Source of the DNA: Vicugna vicugna
Lineage: Eukaryota
Length of the DNA: 64,000 bases
Assembly: GCA_013265495.1 (NCBI GenBank)
Contig: MU058221.1
Span: 5,626,066 to 5,690,065 of the forward strand
Direction of reading: 5' to 3'
The notes below the pieces were generated by a model that was given only the letters and a program-made list of their open reading frames with translations, had not been told where the DNA came from and searched no databases. Position 1 is the stretch's first letter, and every line of letters starts with the position of its first letter. A program made the translations under genes and the position numbers. Below, in pieces: positions 23,916 through 37,850 of the stretch.

Positions 23916-26163
23916 GTTCTTACAGCCAGACTTGGTGCTCATCTTTTCATGAAACCCTTCCCTGAGCTTCTTAGAAGGCAGGTTATATCACACATGTGCA
24001 CCTTCCACACACTTGGTAATATTCCACTAGCATTTAACACAGCCTCCTTTCAGTTATGTCACCCTCCTCCCGTTGGGCCGTAAGTTCACTGAGGGCAAAG
24101 ATCATATTTTGTTCACCGTATACAAGCCACGCAATTCATACGGGCCTAGCGAAACTCAACCACTGGGTTTAACCTGCTTATTGTTAACATAAACATAACT
24201 TGTTTCTGTTCACTGAAGGAAAAAATGTTAAGACAGAGAAGAATAAAACAAAATTCAAAATCACTCACAATCTGACCGTCCCACAATAACGGTAGTTAAA
24301 ACACTGCTGCACTGACTACGCCCCTCCCCTACCAGCATACCAATAAAGTCCTGGTACAGGTCCTTCCAGTCTCTCTCTGGGCAAGAGGGGTCCAGGGCAA
24401 GTATCTGCAGCAGAGGCAGTAGCTCACAAGGGGACCCTGAAGGCCATGTGGTCCACCCCCAGCAGATGCCTGGACCCTCGCAGGATGCTTCTTCTGACTC
24501 TGGTTGAACCCCTGCACGTGTAGGAACTTGCTGTCACCCAAAGCATTCCAGTCTACCCTGGACCACTCTAAGGAGCTGTTTCTTCTAACTGACCTGAAGT
24601 CTGTTACCTGGGAGCTTCCATTCCTTGGTCCAGTACAAATTCTACCTCTTTAGCCAAGCGGATCTAAACACTCAATTTTCCACTAACAGGGCGTCGACCC
24701 AGCCCTCCTCCTTCCCCTGGGAGAATTTCCCCTCTCAAATGCTGGGGTGGGGCCCAGCAGCCAGGTTCACACTACCCGACCTCCCTCTGACCCTGAACAG
24801 TCGGGTTCTGTCTCCCAGGAGTTGGCACCGGGACTGAGAAACTTGAGTTAGTAGTTTCTGCTGGATACTTGGACTAAAGAGAGATCAACTCAAGGGTGGG
24901 ACCGCCATTGTAGCTGTCACGTTTTCCCCTACATCTATGAAAAGCAGAAGCACGCTGAGAGAGACAGGGTCAAAGAGAGCAACACACACACACACACACA
25001 CGGAAAATGAAGCTGATGTGGCTAGAGAAGCAGAGATGTCAGACCAGGGTCTGGGGGGAGGGGGAGGAAGTGAGAGCAGGAGGCTTCACAACAGCTCCCA
25101 GTCTGGGTGCTGGGACGCCGCGGAGTCCAGCTGCAACTCCCTGCCTCTTTACAATGGAGAATCCCATTCCCCTTTTGGGATCATGCAAAGTCCAGTTGGT
25201 TTTATCTATCTTGGTTCATGCAAAAAAAAAAAAAAAAAAAAAGGAAGAGGCCTTGACACAGCCCTTCAGACCTCAGACAACTGATGCCCAAAAGCTCATG
25301 TCCCATTAGCCTTCTCCTCTCCAACCTGAACTCACATCCACTGGGGCTGACCGAGGCCTCTCCGATGGCAGATTATGCCTCCATGTACACAAAGCCCTTC
25401 TCACCTCAGTACCACCAACAAAGCCAAAGTTATTACGGTACCAAAAGGTGAGGATCCAGTTCTTGAGCTGAGAGAGCCAGAAATCCAGGCAAGCAGTAGC
25501 CACCAAAAGTGCATGTCTGTGTAAGAATTCACATCACCCCAACTGAACACAAGCACCCCCAGTGAAGGTCTAAGGCCAGAGAAGCTGGGAGCTGTTCAAC
25601 TTCTCCATCTGGTTCCCTCTGAAGCCGGCTCTAAGCGCTTCTTAGAGCAGATTTCGGCCCCAGCAGAAACCACAGCAGGCCTTCCTAGGGGCGCACGGCC
25701 CTCCCCTCCCCAGGAGCAGGTAACGGCAGCTGGCTTACAACGTGCTTTCTTCAGCTCCTCCCGAAGTGAGGAGAGAAATGACCCCCTGAAGACCGAGAAG
25801 GGCAGGGGCTCTGGAGCAGACAGAAAGATTCTCATCCCATCTTGACCACTGATTGACTTTATGACTTTGCTTAAGTTATTCACTTCTCTAAGTTTCAGTT
25901 CCCTCGTCTACAAAAATAAGAAATTAACAACAGTTCCCATTTTAAGGATTAAATGAAATGAGAGTTTGAAAGGGAACATGAGTTCTAATACTCTCCAGGT
26001 ACTAGTTTCCTGTCTCCCATCTTGTCCATAGCAAATGTTTTAATTAATGTCTTCAGTTAACTAAATGACAACAGGATGTCAATTTTAAAACATATTTATG
26101 AAAGATCATCCTCAGCTGGAAAATAAAAACTTGATTTGGGCTCATTTTCCTTTAAGTGTTCTC

Positions 26164-26296
26164 TATTTTTATTTTATTTATTTTGGGGAGGGGTGATTGG
26201 ATTTATTTATTTATTTTTAGAGGAAGTACCGGGGATTGAACCCAGGACCTCCTGCACGCTAAGCACACGCTCTACCACTTGAGCTACACACTCCCC
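26164..26296 (-). mobile_element. tRNA-Ala-derived SINE (vic-1-like)
   Basis: gaggaagtaccggggattgaacccaggacc...ccacttgagctacacactcccc. Degenerate TSD ctttaagtgttctc (26150-26163) / ccttaagtatcctc (26298-26311). Confidence 0.9.
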
Positions 26297-28549
26297 ACCT
26301 TAAGTATCCTCACCAGTTCTAGAAGTACGTAGGCAAAAATAAGCAATACCAACAGAGTAGACTTAATACTTCAACAGATGTACACGTCCAAGAGGCTGCA
26401 GTTTCCAGGCAGGTCTAATTCCCTACCAGGCCAATGAATGATCTCTTGGAACCCTCTTTGCTCCTGGAATTACCTGGCTAGGAGGCCTCATGCAGATGAA
26501 TGCACAGTAGTGATCTCCTCGTACCATGACGGCAACAAACGCTTCACCCTCACTCCACTTCCCTTTAATGTCTGATAGGCTTTAAAAAGCCAGACGTGTG
26601 TGAGTTCCTCACTAATGGACGTGTGGCTAATGCAGCACTGCCGGGAGCCCCCCGCCCGAAGGTCAGCAAACAGCTTCTCTCCCTCCCTGCTCCGGAAAGC
26701 TGCACGGTGTCTCTGAGAGGCTCCCGAGTCCTGGAAAGTGTGACAGTGCTGACAGAGCTCGTCACTGAGGGCCAGGCTCCCAGCCCTGGGCTTGGGGCAA
26801 CAGGCCTTTCTCCACACCCTGACCCCTTACACAGGAAAAGCAGCCGCTTCCTCCAGATTGAAGCCATAGCCAATTAAGAGGCCATCAGTGTTTCGTTTTC
26901 TGCCTCCAACTTCTTTAAGAATTTACTAACCCAACCATCAAAAACTGCAGATGGGAGCAGAGATTGGTATCATCTTTCTGGAAAGTAAGTTGCCATTATC
27001 TCGCAAATCTTAGCAGCTTTGCTCCCCTCTGACCTAGTAACTGTGCATCTGGGAATCCAGCCAGAAGAAATCACTGGAGGCAAACAAAGATTAAGCCGCA
27101 AATACACTCCATGGCTTATTTTTATTATATAAAAATTGAAAATAATATAGATATCCAACACTTTTTAGAAAGGAATTGACTATACAATTTTAAAAGGTTG
27201 CTAAAATCCTGTTTAGAAATCTTCTGGACACACGGACATATTAATACATTACTGTGAATGAGGAAGCAAGATACACAGTAACTTCAACCACACAAAATTT
27301 TTGTGTCTTAAGGACCCCTCCTGAATGCATCTGGGTAATGGAATTGTAAGTGGTTTTTTATTCTCTTCTTTATCTTTTCCTTTTCTCCCCCATCCTATTG
27401 CTCACAGTAGCATTCGATCCTCTATCCATCACTGTCATGATATAAAGATGAGCAGGACAGCCCCAGAATCACCAAGTCCAAGTCTAGCTGGACGACACTC
27501 CAGCAGACCATTGCACCCACAATTATGCGCTATGAGCTGAGGCTGGGCTACTAAATTAGCAGGGGATGCTCCAGAAGATCTTGAAAGATGAGTAAGGGGT
27601 TGGTAGATTGCGGGGGGCATTCTAGGAAGGGAGAAGACATGAGCAAACCCCAGAAACAGGAGAGAGCATCACGGGTTTGCAGTACAAGGCGCTCAGTGCA
27701 GCCGGGGCCAGGCCAGCGGGGCACAGGCTGGGGTGAGCTGTCACTCCCGGGAGCACCTTCTGCCAAGGTCCATCCGAAGGCTGAGGGGAGGAGGGAAAGC
27801 TAACGAGGGAGGCGGCAAGGTAGGTGACTGAAAGTGTGAAGTAGGGCAAACTCTACCTCCTCGCACTGTGCTGGCACACAGCAGGTATGAATGAATGAGT
27901 GAGTGAATGAATGTGTAAATGAATGAATGAATGAATGGCTCAGGGGCAGACAAGAGGTCAGAGAAGCAGTTTGCAAACAAGCCTGCGAAGGGAACCAGTG
28001 AGTTGGAGTTTCCCCTTCTAAGAAAGGTGGGTGAAGATCCATTCCCACATACGCCCTCTGGTCTCCCAGGACTCATCAAGGTTCCAACATAACAAAGGAA
28101 CAATTGCTCTAAAACCATTAGCAACCAAGCCCTAGATTTCACAGCAAAGAAGGAAGCACGCTGCCAAATTGACCACAGCACCAACTAGACGAGGGTGAGT
28201 TTACTCTGGCCGAGAGGAAGGAACACAGAAGCCACCGCAACACCCTTCTCTCCCCTCTGAGCCTGGAACTCATCTTTCAGGGTTGGATGCCCGAACACAG
28301 CTGTTTCATTTGTAATCACAGACTCTCAGGATGGGAGGAGCGGCTTTAAAGGCTATCTCCCCATCCCTAAAAGAAAAAAAAGGCAACGCAACGTGTCAAT
28401 CCCTCTGCTCCAGTAAGCCCCTCCCCGACAAGGGGGTCTAATAATCAGTGCACACAAGCCCGCATCAGGGCCCCACGTTGCTGCGGGAATGCTCTGTGAG
28501 GAAGTTCATTATGAAAGAAAGCAAAACCCATTCCTCCTCCCACAGATGA

Positions 28550-29215
28550 CACTAGTTACGATGCAAACAGTGCTCTCTGGAATGGATACTGTTTGGCACA
28601 GCCAAGATGCCCATTCCTCTCTCTTATGAGGATCACCCACCCCCACCCCCAGGACACAGGTACCAAGGACCCTGCCTCCAGCCAGAGCTGATTCAACCAA
28701 CGTTGGCCCCGAGGTGGGCTTCTCAGATTTTTTTTCCCCCAGGAATTTAGAATCAGGGCTGAGAGGTCTGCAGGTTACTTAAAATGAGGACTGTAAAGCG
28801 GCAGGTATGGGGTGGCCCCATCTGGCCAAATGTTTCACCAAAGCAGAAACGGATGTCTGCAGAGAGAGAGGAGAACGGAACACAGAGAAGTGGTGACATT
28901 TCTTGCTAAGACAGACAGACAGACATGCTGTATGAGGGCAGAGCTGAGTCATCATTGTCACCTAAAACAGGCACATAGTCAGGAGCTGGAGAGATGCTGG
29001 TTCAAAGAATTAAGAGAGACAGAGACAGAGCGAGAAGCTCTCTGGGTTCTCGCCGTTGCTCAGCTCCTGGTTTCAGTCCTTCCTGATGTCCCGGTGGACA
29101 CTCCACCCTCTTATTCCAGGAGCTGCCCCAGCATCCTTCCCATAAGTGTCCTCTCTTGCTGAAACTGATCTGAAGCGGATTTCTGTTACTTGCAACCATA
29201 GAGTCTCACTGAGAC
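28550..29215 (+). mobile_element. Old ERVL-type LTR (LTR16/LTR33-like)
   Basis: Ends in gatttctgttacttgcaaccatagagtc...aca, typical of these LTR 3' ends. The 5' boundary is uncertain. Confidence 0.55.
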
Positions 29216-29788
29216 ACCCCCAAGACTGCCTGGGCCCCTGCCTCTCCCTCTCTCAGAGCACTCCTTACACTCCTGTGTGCACAGATCAGGGAAGCCCAGT
29301 GTCCACCTCAGCCCCGCCGCTCCTCTCCCGAGCCTCCTCCCCAATCTCCAACAGCCTGTCGGTATTTCCTCTTAGGTCTTATACCCCCATAAACCCAGTT
29401 TTCCTGTGTCCGTGGCTCTTAGACTTGAAGGTGCATCAGAATTCCTTGGTGGGCTTGTTAAAGCACAGAATGCTGGGCCATCCCCAGAGCATCGGACTCA
29501 GTGGGTCAGAAGAAGGCCACTGCCCTATTTCCAGCCACGGTACCACCCGCCCCTTGTTCACACGTATCTCCTCCTTCTCTCCCTTGGAACCCACATCTCA
29601 GGCTCCAAGCTTTGGACTTTTCCTCTTCTACTCAGTCCTTCCTTAACTCACAACACCAGCCCTTCTCATTTCATGCCTGGAAGACTGTGAGAACCTTCTA
29701 ACCAGTTTCCCCTCCCTTTGCTCTGACCATAAGCGCACACCACGGCCAGATTCACCCTCAGGCCACTCTCCCGCCCATAACCTCAGGC

Positions 29789-29972
29789 TACTATGAATAA
29801 AGCTGCTGTGAACATGAGTAAAATCTTTGTGCAGACTTGTTTTCATATCTCTTGGGTAAATACCTAGGAGCAAAATAGCTGTGACAGATGATAAATATAT
29901 GGTTAACTTAATAAGAAACGGACAAACTGTCTTCTAAAGTGGCCGGACCATGTGGCATTCCCTCCCTGCTCA
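29789..29972 (-). mobile_element. Old L1 fragment (ORF2 end) inside an L2 remnant
   Basis: atgaataaagctgctgtgaacat...ctcttgggtaaatacctaggag...aaactgtcttctaaagtggc. The minus ORF begins LLGIYPRDMKT. Confidence 0.8.
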
Positions 29973-30793
29973 TAACCGCTTAATGACTCCATACAGAGTA
30001 TTAACCATTTCCCCAAATCCTGGGCTTGGTGTTCCAGGATCCTGCAATCTGGCCCAACCTGCCGATCCAGCCAAACCTAACACACCGCAGAGTTTTGACT
30101 CAGTCCTCACCATGTTCACCCTGTGTCCTGTTCCCTCTAAATCAAGTCCCACCTCTTCTGTGAGAATTCTCCCACCCACCCTCATCTAAAAACACAAAGG
30201 CCTCTCTTCCCCAAATACAGAACATACAAAAACAGTTGAGTACAGACAATCTAGTTCCCCATTTCCCATCTTTGCTTGAAAAAGTGTGATCATAATAAAA
30301 TATTCCCAGCTGACTTAACTTGTTACCTAGTCTTTATCCATCCATAAAAAGAGGTGGGGTAAATGAAGGATTTTTTACATAAGCTTGTCTACAGTATCAC
30401 ACTGGCAGCATTTTCCCATACACTGGAGACAGTTACTGTAACTTTCTCAAAGGAAAGAACCAAATGCACATCCCTCCTTGCTAAGGGTCATGTGCTCCAC
30501 AAACGGATGGCTGGGACTTCTCCTAACAGACCTCAAAGAACACTAACAGAAATAGCCAAGGGTTCTTATTCGTGTTACTTCTTCAGGGACTAGGGCAGAG
30601 GAATGCACAGTGAAATTCTGATGGGGCCTCTCACACTGCTGGTTAGCAGGGGGCATCGGCCCTCCCTGTGTGACAGCGATTCGATGATACATATCAAAGA
30701 GTCACACCTGTTGATCCATAATTCCACTTTATGGAATCTAGCACAAGGACAACACCTGAAAAGCAAAGGCAAAGACTGTGCCATTTCCTACAG

Positions 30794-30794
<1 letters not shown>

Positions 30795-30838
<44 letters not shown>
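30795..30838 (+). repeat. (CA)22 perfect microsatellite
   Basis: Uninterrupted CA run. Confidence 0.97.
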
Positions 30839-30841
<3 letters not shown>

Positions 30842-32012
30842 AGACACAAACGAAATGTCTCACAAACAGAGGTATGGCTCTCTCATTTCACATACTCATT
30901 ATCATTCATGCCCCAAAGGATCTACTACAGACAAGCATCAAAATGTTTATATCATCACGTTTAGGGGGAAAGTAGAACACAAACCTAATATGTATAAATA
31001 CAACTACGTATTTTTACAAATTAAGTTTACAAGTAGAAACTACTAGAGAATCTCTACAATGTTTCTGGCAGTCGTAACGGGATGGTGGAAATAGGAATAA
31101 CTTTTCCTTTCTATTTTTACCTATGTTCCAATTAATGATGAGCTCATTTTAAAAATATATCTCAAAATAAATATAGAAACCAAACCAGGCACGGATGGCA
31201 GGTGTTCCCTACTATATAGCTCGGAGAAAATCACCTCTTCTTGATACAAATGTGTATCCGACTACAAGAACAACCGGCAGACAAGTGCAGAGACAGCAGC
31301 AAGGACTGGGCAGACCTTTGTTCTCAGACAGTGCACGCTGCCGACAATCTCTTCCATGCAAGATTCCAAAGGCAAAAATACAAGTGGTGACAGCCCGGCT
31401 GCTCAGTTTGACAGGATTATAGAAAAAAAGAGGAAAACACGTGTGACGTTGGAAGGGACTTTCAAGACAGAACACAGATCGTGTTTTAAACGGTTGGTGG
31501 CAGAGGAGAGACAGCATTTCTCCTCATGGTTTCAGAACCCCCTGGGTCTGCTGAATGAGCTCAGCTTGCTGGCCCGGAAGGACAGGAGTGGCAGACAGCT
31601 GTTCTGGGGACTTGCAGCCTGAGCTCTGTCGCTCACCGGTGCAGCCCTGGACCAGCTGGCCCCTCGGTTCTTGGCTTTCTCACCAGCAGAACGGGAGGGT
31701 CTTGGTAGAGAGTCTTTGGGTTGTAAGTAACAGAAACTGACTCACGCTGGTGTAAGCAATAAGGGGAATTTGTGGGGAGGACACGGGGGGTGGAGCAAGA
31801 ACCCCAGGGCAGCTGGGCCTTGGAGGTGTCTGGAACCAGGGCCTGACGGGTCCCTGAGAAACCATGCAGCACTTCTGACAACCCCAGTGTCCTCTGAACC
31901 TCTCTGCCCTTCCTCCTCTGCCCGCCCGCCTTCCACGCACTCTTCACAGCAGAACACAGCCTCTGCACCTCCTCACTCTTACACATTACAGCTCCGGCCT
32001 CTTAAATAACGG

Positions 32013-32383
32013 GTCTGTTAGCTCGGGCTACCATCACAAAACACTGCAGACTGAGTGGTTTAAACCACAGAAATTTATTCTCCCACAGTTCTGGAGGCTG
32101 GAAGTACAAGATCGGGGTGCTGGCATGGGTGGTTCTGGTGAGGACTTGCAGACTTTTGCTCAGTGTCCTCACATGGCAGAGAGAGAGACAAAGACAGAGA
32201 CAGAGAGAGTGCTCCGGTGTCTCTTCTCACAAGGGAACTAATCCCATCACGGGGCCCCACCCTCACAGCCTCTTCTAAACCTAATTACCAATTACCTCCC
32301 AAAGGCCCCACCTCCAAACACCTTTACATTGGGGGTTAGGGCTTCAACATACGAATTTGGGGAAGACAACTCAGCCCATAGTA
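32013..32383 (-). mobile_element. MLT1A-like MaLR solo LTR
   Basis: acagaaatttattctcccacagttctggaggctggaagt...gtcctcacatggc...ccaaaggccccacctcc...gggttagggcttcaacatacgaatttgggg. Confidence 0.88.
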
Positions 32384-33157
32384 ACTGGCTACCTGTGAAG
32401 CTCACTTTTCTGTTGCCAAGAGAGGGAAAACACAGGTGGTTCAGTCTGAGTCAGGTGCCCACCTCGGCTCTAATCAGCCATAGCCACGTGGAGAGGGCAG
32501 GTCGTCCAGCACAAACCTGGCTGCCAGGAGCCTCTCCTGATCTGCAGGCCTGTCTGTACCTTGTCACCTGAATGAAAAGTCACAGGGCAGCAAGTCAAGA
32601 AGTATTCATGTCTTCTTGGTCAATATCGCCCACAGAACTACACACTCACTGAGAATAAAGGTCACTTCTGTCTCATTCACCACCACCTCCTCACGCCCAT
32701 CACAGGACCAGGCACACAGAAGACGTTCAATGACTGGTTGTTGCTCTTTGGATAAACGGGCCTGAACTTGCTGAGAGAACGATAATGAGTTTTGGCTCCA
32801 AAGATACACACTGACCTTCTCAGAGCCAGAGGATGCTCTCCTCCCTAAAGCTCAAGACTTCCCTTGAGTCAACCTTTCTTCTTTTAAATCTTTCCCAGAC
32901 AAAGAAAAGGTGGAAGGAGCATTGCTTAGAAACTCTTCTCTATGTATGTTGAGTAATAACAACGTATAAAGTATACAGGGGAGAAAAAGAAGCGAAGACA
33001 GGCTGTCTGCCTTCAAGGACTGAGACCTGAAGCCAGGAGACAAGCCATCAACACTGACAAAGTGAAAAAAAAATATACACCCACACACACGTATCTATAT
33101 ACAGTGGAGCAGTAATTGACAGGACCTTGAACCCAACATGTATACATATATCTGTCT

Positions 33158-33318
33158 TCTGTCTCTGTCTCTGTCTCTCTCTCTGCCATGTAAGGACACT
33201 GAGCAAAAGTCTGCAAGTCCTCACCAGAACCCACCCATGCCAGCACCCCGATCTTGTACTTCCAGCCCCCAGAATTGTAGGAGAATAAATTTCTGTGGTT
33301 TAAACCACTTAGTGTGTA
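33158..33318 (+). repeat. Inverted local copy of 32045-32205 (part of the MLT1A LTR)
   Basis: Manual alignment shows 6 substitutions and 1 single-base indel over ~155 bp. Confidence 0.93.
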
Positions 33319-33819
33319 TATACACATACACACACACATATATATGTTACAAAATAAGAAAATACATGAGATGTCTCAGGACAGCTGGCTAGGATATTGC
33401 CCAGTGGTTGGTGCTATTGAGCAGAATGTGCTTTGAGGTTGCAGGATAGAGAATCCACTTTAGTCTAGGACAGTCCAGGAAGGAAGAGCAGGCATCAGGG
33501 TGGGATACAGCTTGGCAGGGCAGGGGGTGGCATTCAGGAGAGAGGAAGCAATGACTCAAGTCAAAGCAGGGAAAGCACATGGCCTTATGCAGGGATGGTC
33601 ACGGGAACAGTGAAAAGCAAGGTCATTTAGGAGTATATTATGGAGGGCCCTGAACATCAGTGGGAAGTTCTAGAATGGATGGATGACTGAAAAGACGGTG
33701 AGCACTCGGAAGGAAGGAGACAAGCCCTGGGAGCCTGCACAGGTCCTCTAAGGACAATCGTGCTGGGAAGCCCTTGAGTCCTCTTAGGACAGGGAGGCCA
33801 GCAGGGGACTCTGGGTTTC

Positions 33820-34270
33820 CATGGTGATGGGCTCAGCTGCTGTACCAAAGCACCATCAACTTGATGGCTTAAAACAACAGAAATGTATTCTGTCACAGTT
33901 CTGGTGGCTAGAAGCCTGAACTCAAGGCATCAGCAGGGCCCTACTGCTTCCAAAGGCTCACAGACAGGATCTTTTCTTGCCTTTCCCAGTTTATAGTGGT
34001 TGCCAGCAACTTTTGGTGCTCCTTGGACCGTGGAGGCATCGCGCCAAATGCCTCAGCTGTCACATGGTATTCTCCCTGCATGTCTCAGTCTGCATCCAAA
34101 TGCCCTCATTTTTATAAGGACACCGGTCACTGGACTGGAGCCAAACCACAATCCAGCGTGGACTCATCCTAACCTGATTACATTTGCAAAGACTCTAGTC
34201 CAAAACGGTCACATTCTGAGGTCTTGGGTGGACACGACCTCTGGGGTGACACTATTCGCGTCAGTGCAGA
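33820..34270 (-). mobile_element. MLT1C-like MaLR solo LTR
   Basis: tggcttaaaacaacagaaatgtattctgtcacagttctgg...ttttataaggacacc...gattacatttgcaaagac...gtcacattctgaggt. Confidence 0.85.
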
Positions 34271-34984
34271 CACTAAGTAACTCTCATCCTTATGTGCTGG
34301 TTTTAGAACCTAACAGACATGTAAGAAACTGTTCCCTTATCCTGCACTGGAAATGACTCAATGCACTGCGGTCACAGACGTCACCAAAGGAGGAGTCCCC
34401 ATGTCAGGACAAGACAGAGCTAGACTTCCAAAATTCCTTCTGATGCTACACATGTTGGGTTCAAGGTCTTGTCAATTTCTGTTCCACTGATTTACCAATT
34501 CAGTCCTCTCTTTCCACTCCCACTGCCAAGACTCTGATTAACCCTTGTTGCTCCAAACTTGACATCGATATAACTGTTTTCACTCCCTCTTATAAAAAAC
34601 CTTCCCTCGTCCACTCCTGCCTGAAAGCAGAGTCCTGTACTTTGACCACAAACCTACCTTTCCTCTCTGAACTCCCGAGACATCACTACATGAATTCTCA
34701 ACTCAAACCAGTCTGTTCCTTCAAACACAACTGGCACATTCTCATCCCTAAACCTAACGGCGTACCGCCTGGAACGTGCCTCCCTCCCTGCAGAAGGGAA
34801 TCCAGACTGCATTTGGAAGACCACTCATTCCTGCAGGGACCAGCCAGTCCAGCCCACGGCACTTCAGAATCTCCGTGAGTCTTACCACCTGCAGAAGCAC
34901 TACACCCTTCCTCTCTCACTGCCTTCCACTACTAAGGTTCCTTTCTGGACACAGGGGATGCAGTGACACTCAGGCAAAGACAAA

Positions 34985-35300
34985 GCAAAGGCTGTGAAGT
35001 CAGACAGATCCAATGGATCTAACAGTTAAGAACTGGACAGAATATATGTATGCATATGCATGACTGGGACATTGTGCTACACACCAGAAATTGACACATT
35101 TGTAACCGACTGTACTTTAATTAAAAAAAAAAAGAACTGGGCAAATTCCTTAACCTTTCTAAACCTCAGATTGGTCATCTGTAAAATGGAAATAATACTA
35201 ACTACCTATCTCACTGGACTACTGTCAGGATTAAGTGAAACAATTATGCACACTGCCAACACTGTATGTGACACAGAGTATTAATATGTGTTAATAAAAG
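34985..35300 (+). mobile_element. MIR, interrupted by a short L1 3' end
   Basis: ggctgtgaagtcagacag... / ...gggcaaattccttaacctttctaaacctcag...catctgtaaaatggaaataatacta...aggattaagtga. Confidence 0.8.
35037..35131 (+). mobile_element. Short lineage-specific L1 3' end with TSD
   Basis: catgactgggacattgtgctacacaccagaaattgacac...tgtactttaatt-An. TSD aagaactgg at 35028-35036 and 35132-35140, TT/AAGA target. Confidence 0.88.
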
Positions 35301-37329
35301 ACTTATTTGTATTATAGTAAAATGAACCTAAGTTTTGCCTTTAGGACTGGGGAACAGGGGCAGATCTGAGTCCCTCCAGCACCTAGCACACTGTCAATGA
35401 GTACTCAGATGACAGATGTCAGCGGGACCCCTGTGAGCATTTAGCTACCCACCCCCCACTTGATTTTTATGAATGGGGAGGCTGGGCCCCAGGCAGGGAA
35501 AGTGACTCATCCAAGATCACAAAACTATTAAGTGGCAGAGCCATGACTGAGCTGGACCACGACCACTCTCCGACATCAAACGCTGAACCCAGATCGGGCC
35601 TTGGTTACCTCACTGGCAAAACAAGGATATTAATGTCCGCCTCTCCAGGTTGCTCTGGAAATACAGCATCAGGCTGGTGATGGAAACCAGCAGGTGTAAG
35701 ATGAGAAACGGTAACCTCCAGCAGCCTGCAGTAACTGAGTCGGGGGTGGAGGGAGGGCGGCAGTGAGCAGACCCAGGAGCACATGTCCCATGGGCAGCCA
35801 CCGCTCCGCTCAGCGGCTGCCGCCCTGCGGGAACCGGGCTGGGGTGCCAGATATGCTGACTCTTCAAGAGAAGACAGAAATCTGGGTGTGAGTGTCACAC
35901 CTCTTAATTTGAAATGAGGTAACTGATTCAAATCTAAAATTCCACAAGGCAAATAAGCATGTGCAAGCTGACCTCAGCCTGGAGGCCACCGTGTTTGTGA
36001 GCCTGTAACCAACAAGAGACATGAAAGCAGTCTGCAGACCGTCAAGCAGCACACTTGTAAAGGAAGGGCTGACCCAGGGTGAGCGGTACCACGGCCACAG
36101 ACCCAGGAAGCTGTCTCCAAACTCTCCCGGGATCAGAGCTCCCGCTCCGCGTGACTTCACCCAGCCCCATGGCTCCTGATGCCAGGCATGCCGCAACCAC
36201 AGCTGACCTCATCCTGCCACCAGCCTGCCAGTCGGGGAGCGTGCCCATGCCCCGTAGGGAAAGGCCGCCTTGCCCAGAGCCTCGTTAAGCTGGATGAGCT
36301 GCCTCCGGGGAAGCACTGAGCCCCAGTCACACCCGGGAAAATGCCGCAGGGCTGGGCTGGCCCAGACTGACCTCAGAGTTTGGATCCAGCCTCTCCTGAG
36401 ATGAAGCAAGCACAGGTCGGGTGAGTGGGTGGGTGGGGCTGAGCCAGCCAGGACAGGAAGCCCAGCAACTGGGCCAAACCGTTACAAGGGAAGATGGACG
36501 AGAGCATATCCAACAGCCTCTCAAACTGATACTCTTGGGTCTGGGTGGGCAGAAGCCACACTAGCAACTTACCAGCCAATCCTGCACTCCTCACCTTCTC
36601 TTTCCTCCCCCTGGTATGTGTGAGCGGAGGCAGTTTCTGAGGGTCCTCCCTTTTCCCTCCTTGGTCTCTTGTCCTCAACGGCTCGTCACTGTAACTATCA
36701 AGGACCCTGCTGGGCCCCTGCGGCTCTGGAGAGAGGCTGAGATACTGTGAGAAGGTCTGCCTTGCTCAGAGAAGGTGGTACCTCTAAGAGATGCAGGCGG
36801 GGGGATGGTGTGAACAACCAGGGAAGCTGCAGGCCAGGAGGTTCAGCCCGATCCCACTCTAGTTTACAAAGAGGAAGAAGAGCTCTTGAGAGAGAAGCCC
36901 AAGGTCACACAGCCCCTCAGAGGTAGAGCTGGGACCAGAATCTACACCTGCTAGTCCCACCCAATCCTGGGCCAGGTGGTACTGCTGGCCGCACAGTATT
37001 TCTCTGGATCCAGTTCCACCAGTAACTTTCTGGGAAACCTGGGGCAGGCTAGCTCAGGGCTTCAGGTTTATCACTTGAGAAAGAAGTAGTAATGCCCACC
37101 TTGTACGACTGCTGTATTCATAGCATGACAGAGCCTTAAATGAGAAGTGCCGTGATGGAGAGGACTCTTTTTTCCCCTCCATGGTGGCCCAGTACTCAGC
37201 CCACAGTAGCATCTCACTAAATACAAAGTGACTTAGTAAACTTGCTGAATGAAGAAAGGATGGCATGACATGATATCCGCCCAAAGCAGGTGCTCAGCCA
37301 AGTGCTTTACATTATGGTGGACACTAACC

Positions 37330-37850
37330 TTGGTGGACATTTGCCTTTGTCTTGCTACAGGATGCAGATGCTCTCTGGGTCATCTCCCCACCCCATGCAG
37401 CCCCTATACTCCAGAGAAGCTGACCATATTCCCAGATTCAGGGCAAGTCTTGGCTAGTGTGAGTCAGTCCACACTTTCCAGCCCCCTGCCACAGCGATTG
37501 GCTCAGGGACAGATGTGTGATCAAAATCAGGAGAGCAAGATGCTTGCTTGGAGCTTTTGGGGAAGAAGCCTCCTTGTGTCCCAGGGAGGATGCTCTTTTT
37601 TTGAAGAGATGTCCTCTTCCTGCTGGACACCAATGAGACATTCAACCCTCCTAGGAGCTGCTGGCAACTATCTTGTGTCGACAAGGGTGCAGGGGAGAGT
37701 CTAAGAGAACCTGCTGCTCTGGTGCTGCTCCTGGGCTGCTGGATCAAGCCTCACCTGAAGTTACTTCCATTCTAGACTTTTAAGTTACAAGAGCCAGCAT
37801 GAGTTGCATTTTGTTTTTTCTTGGAACCAAAAGAGTTCTAACTAGTACAC
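37330..37850 (+). mobile_element. Old ERVL-type LTR (LTR16/LTR33-like)
   Basis: Ends tctagacttttaagttacaagagcca...ttggaaccaaaagagttctaactagtaca. Confidence 0.55.
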
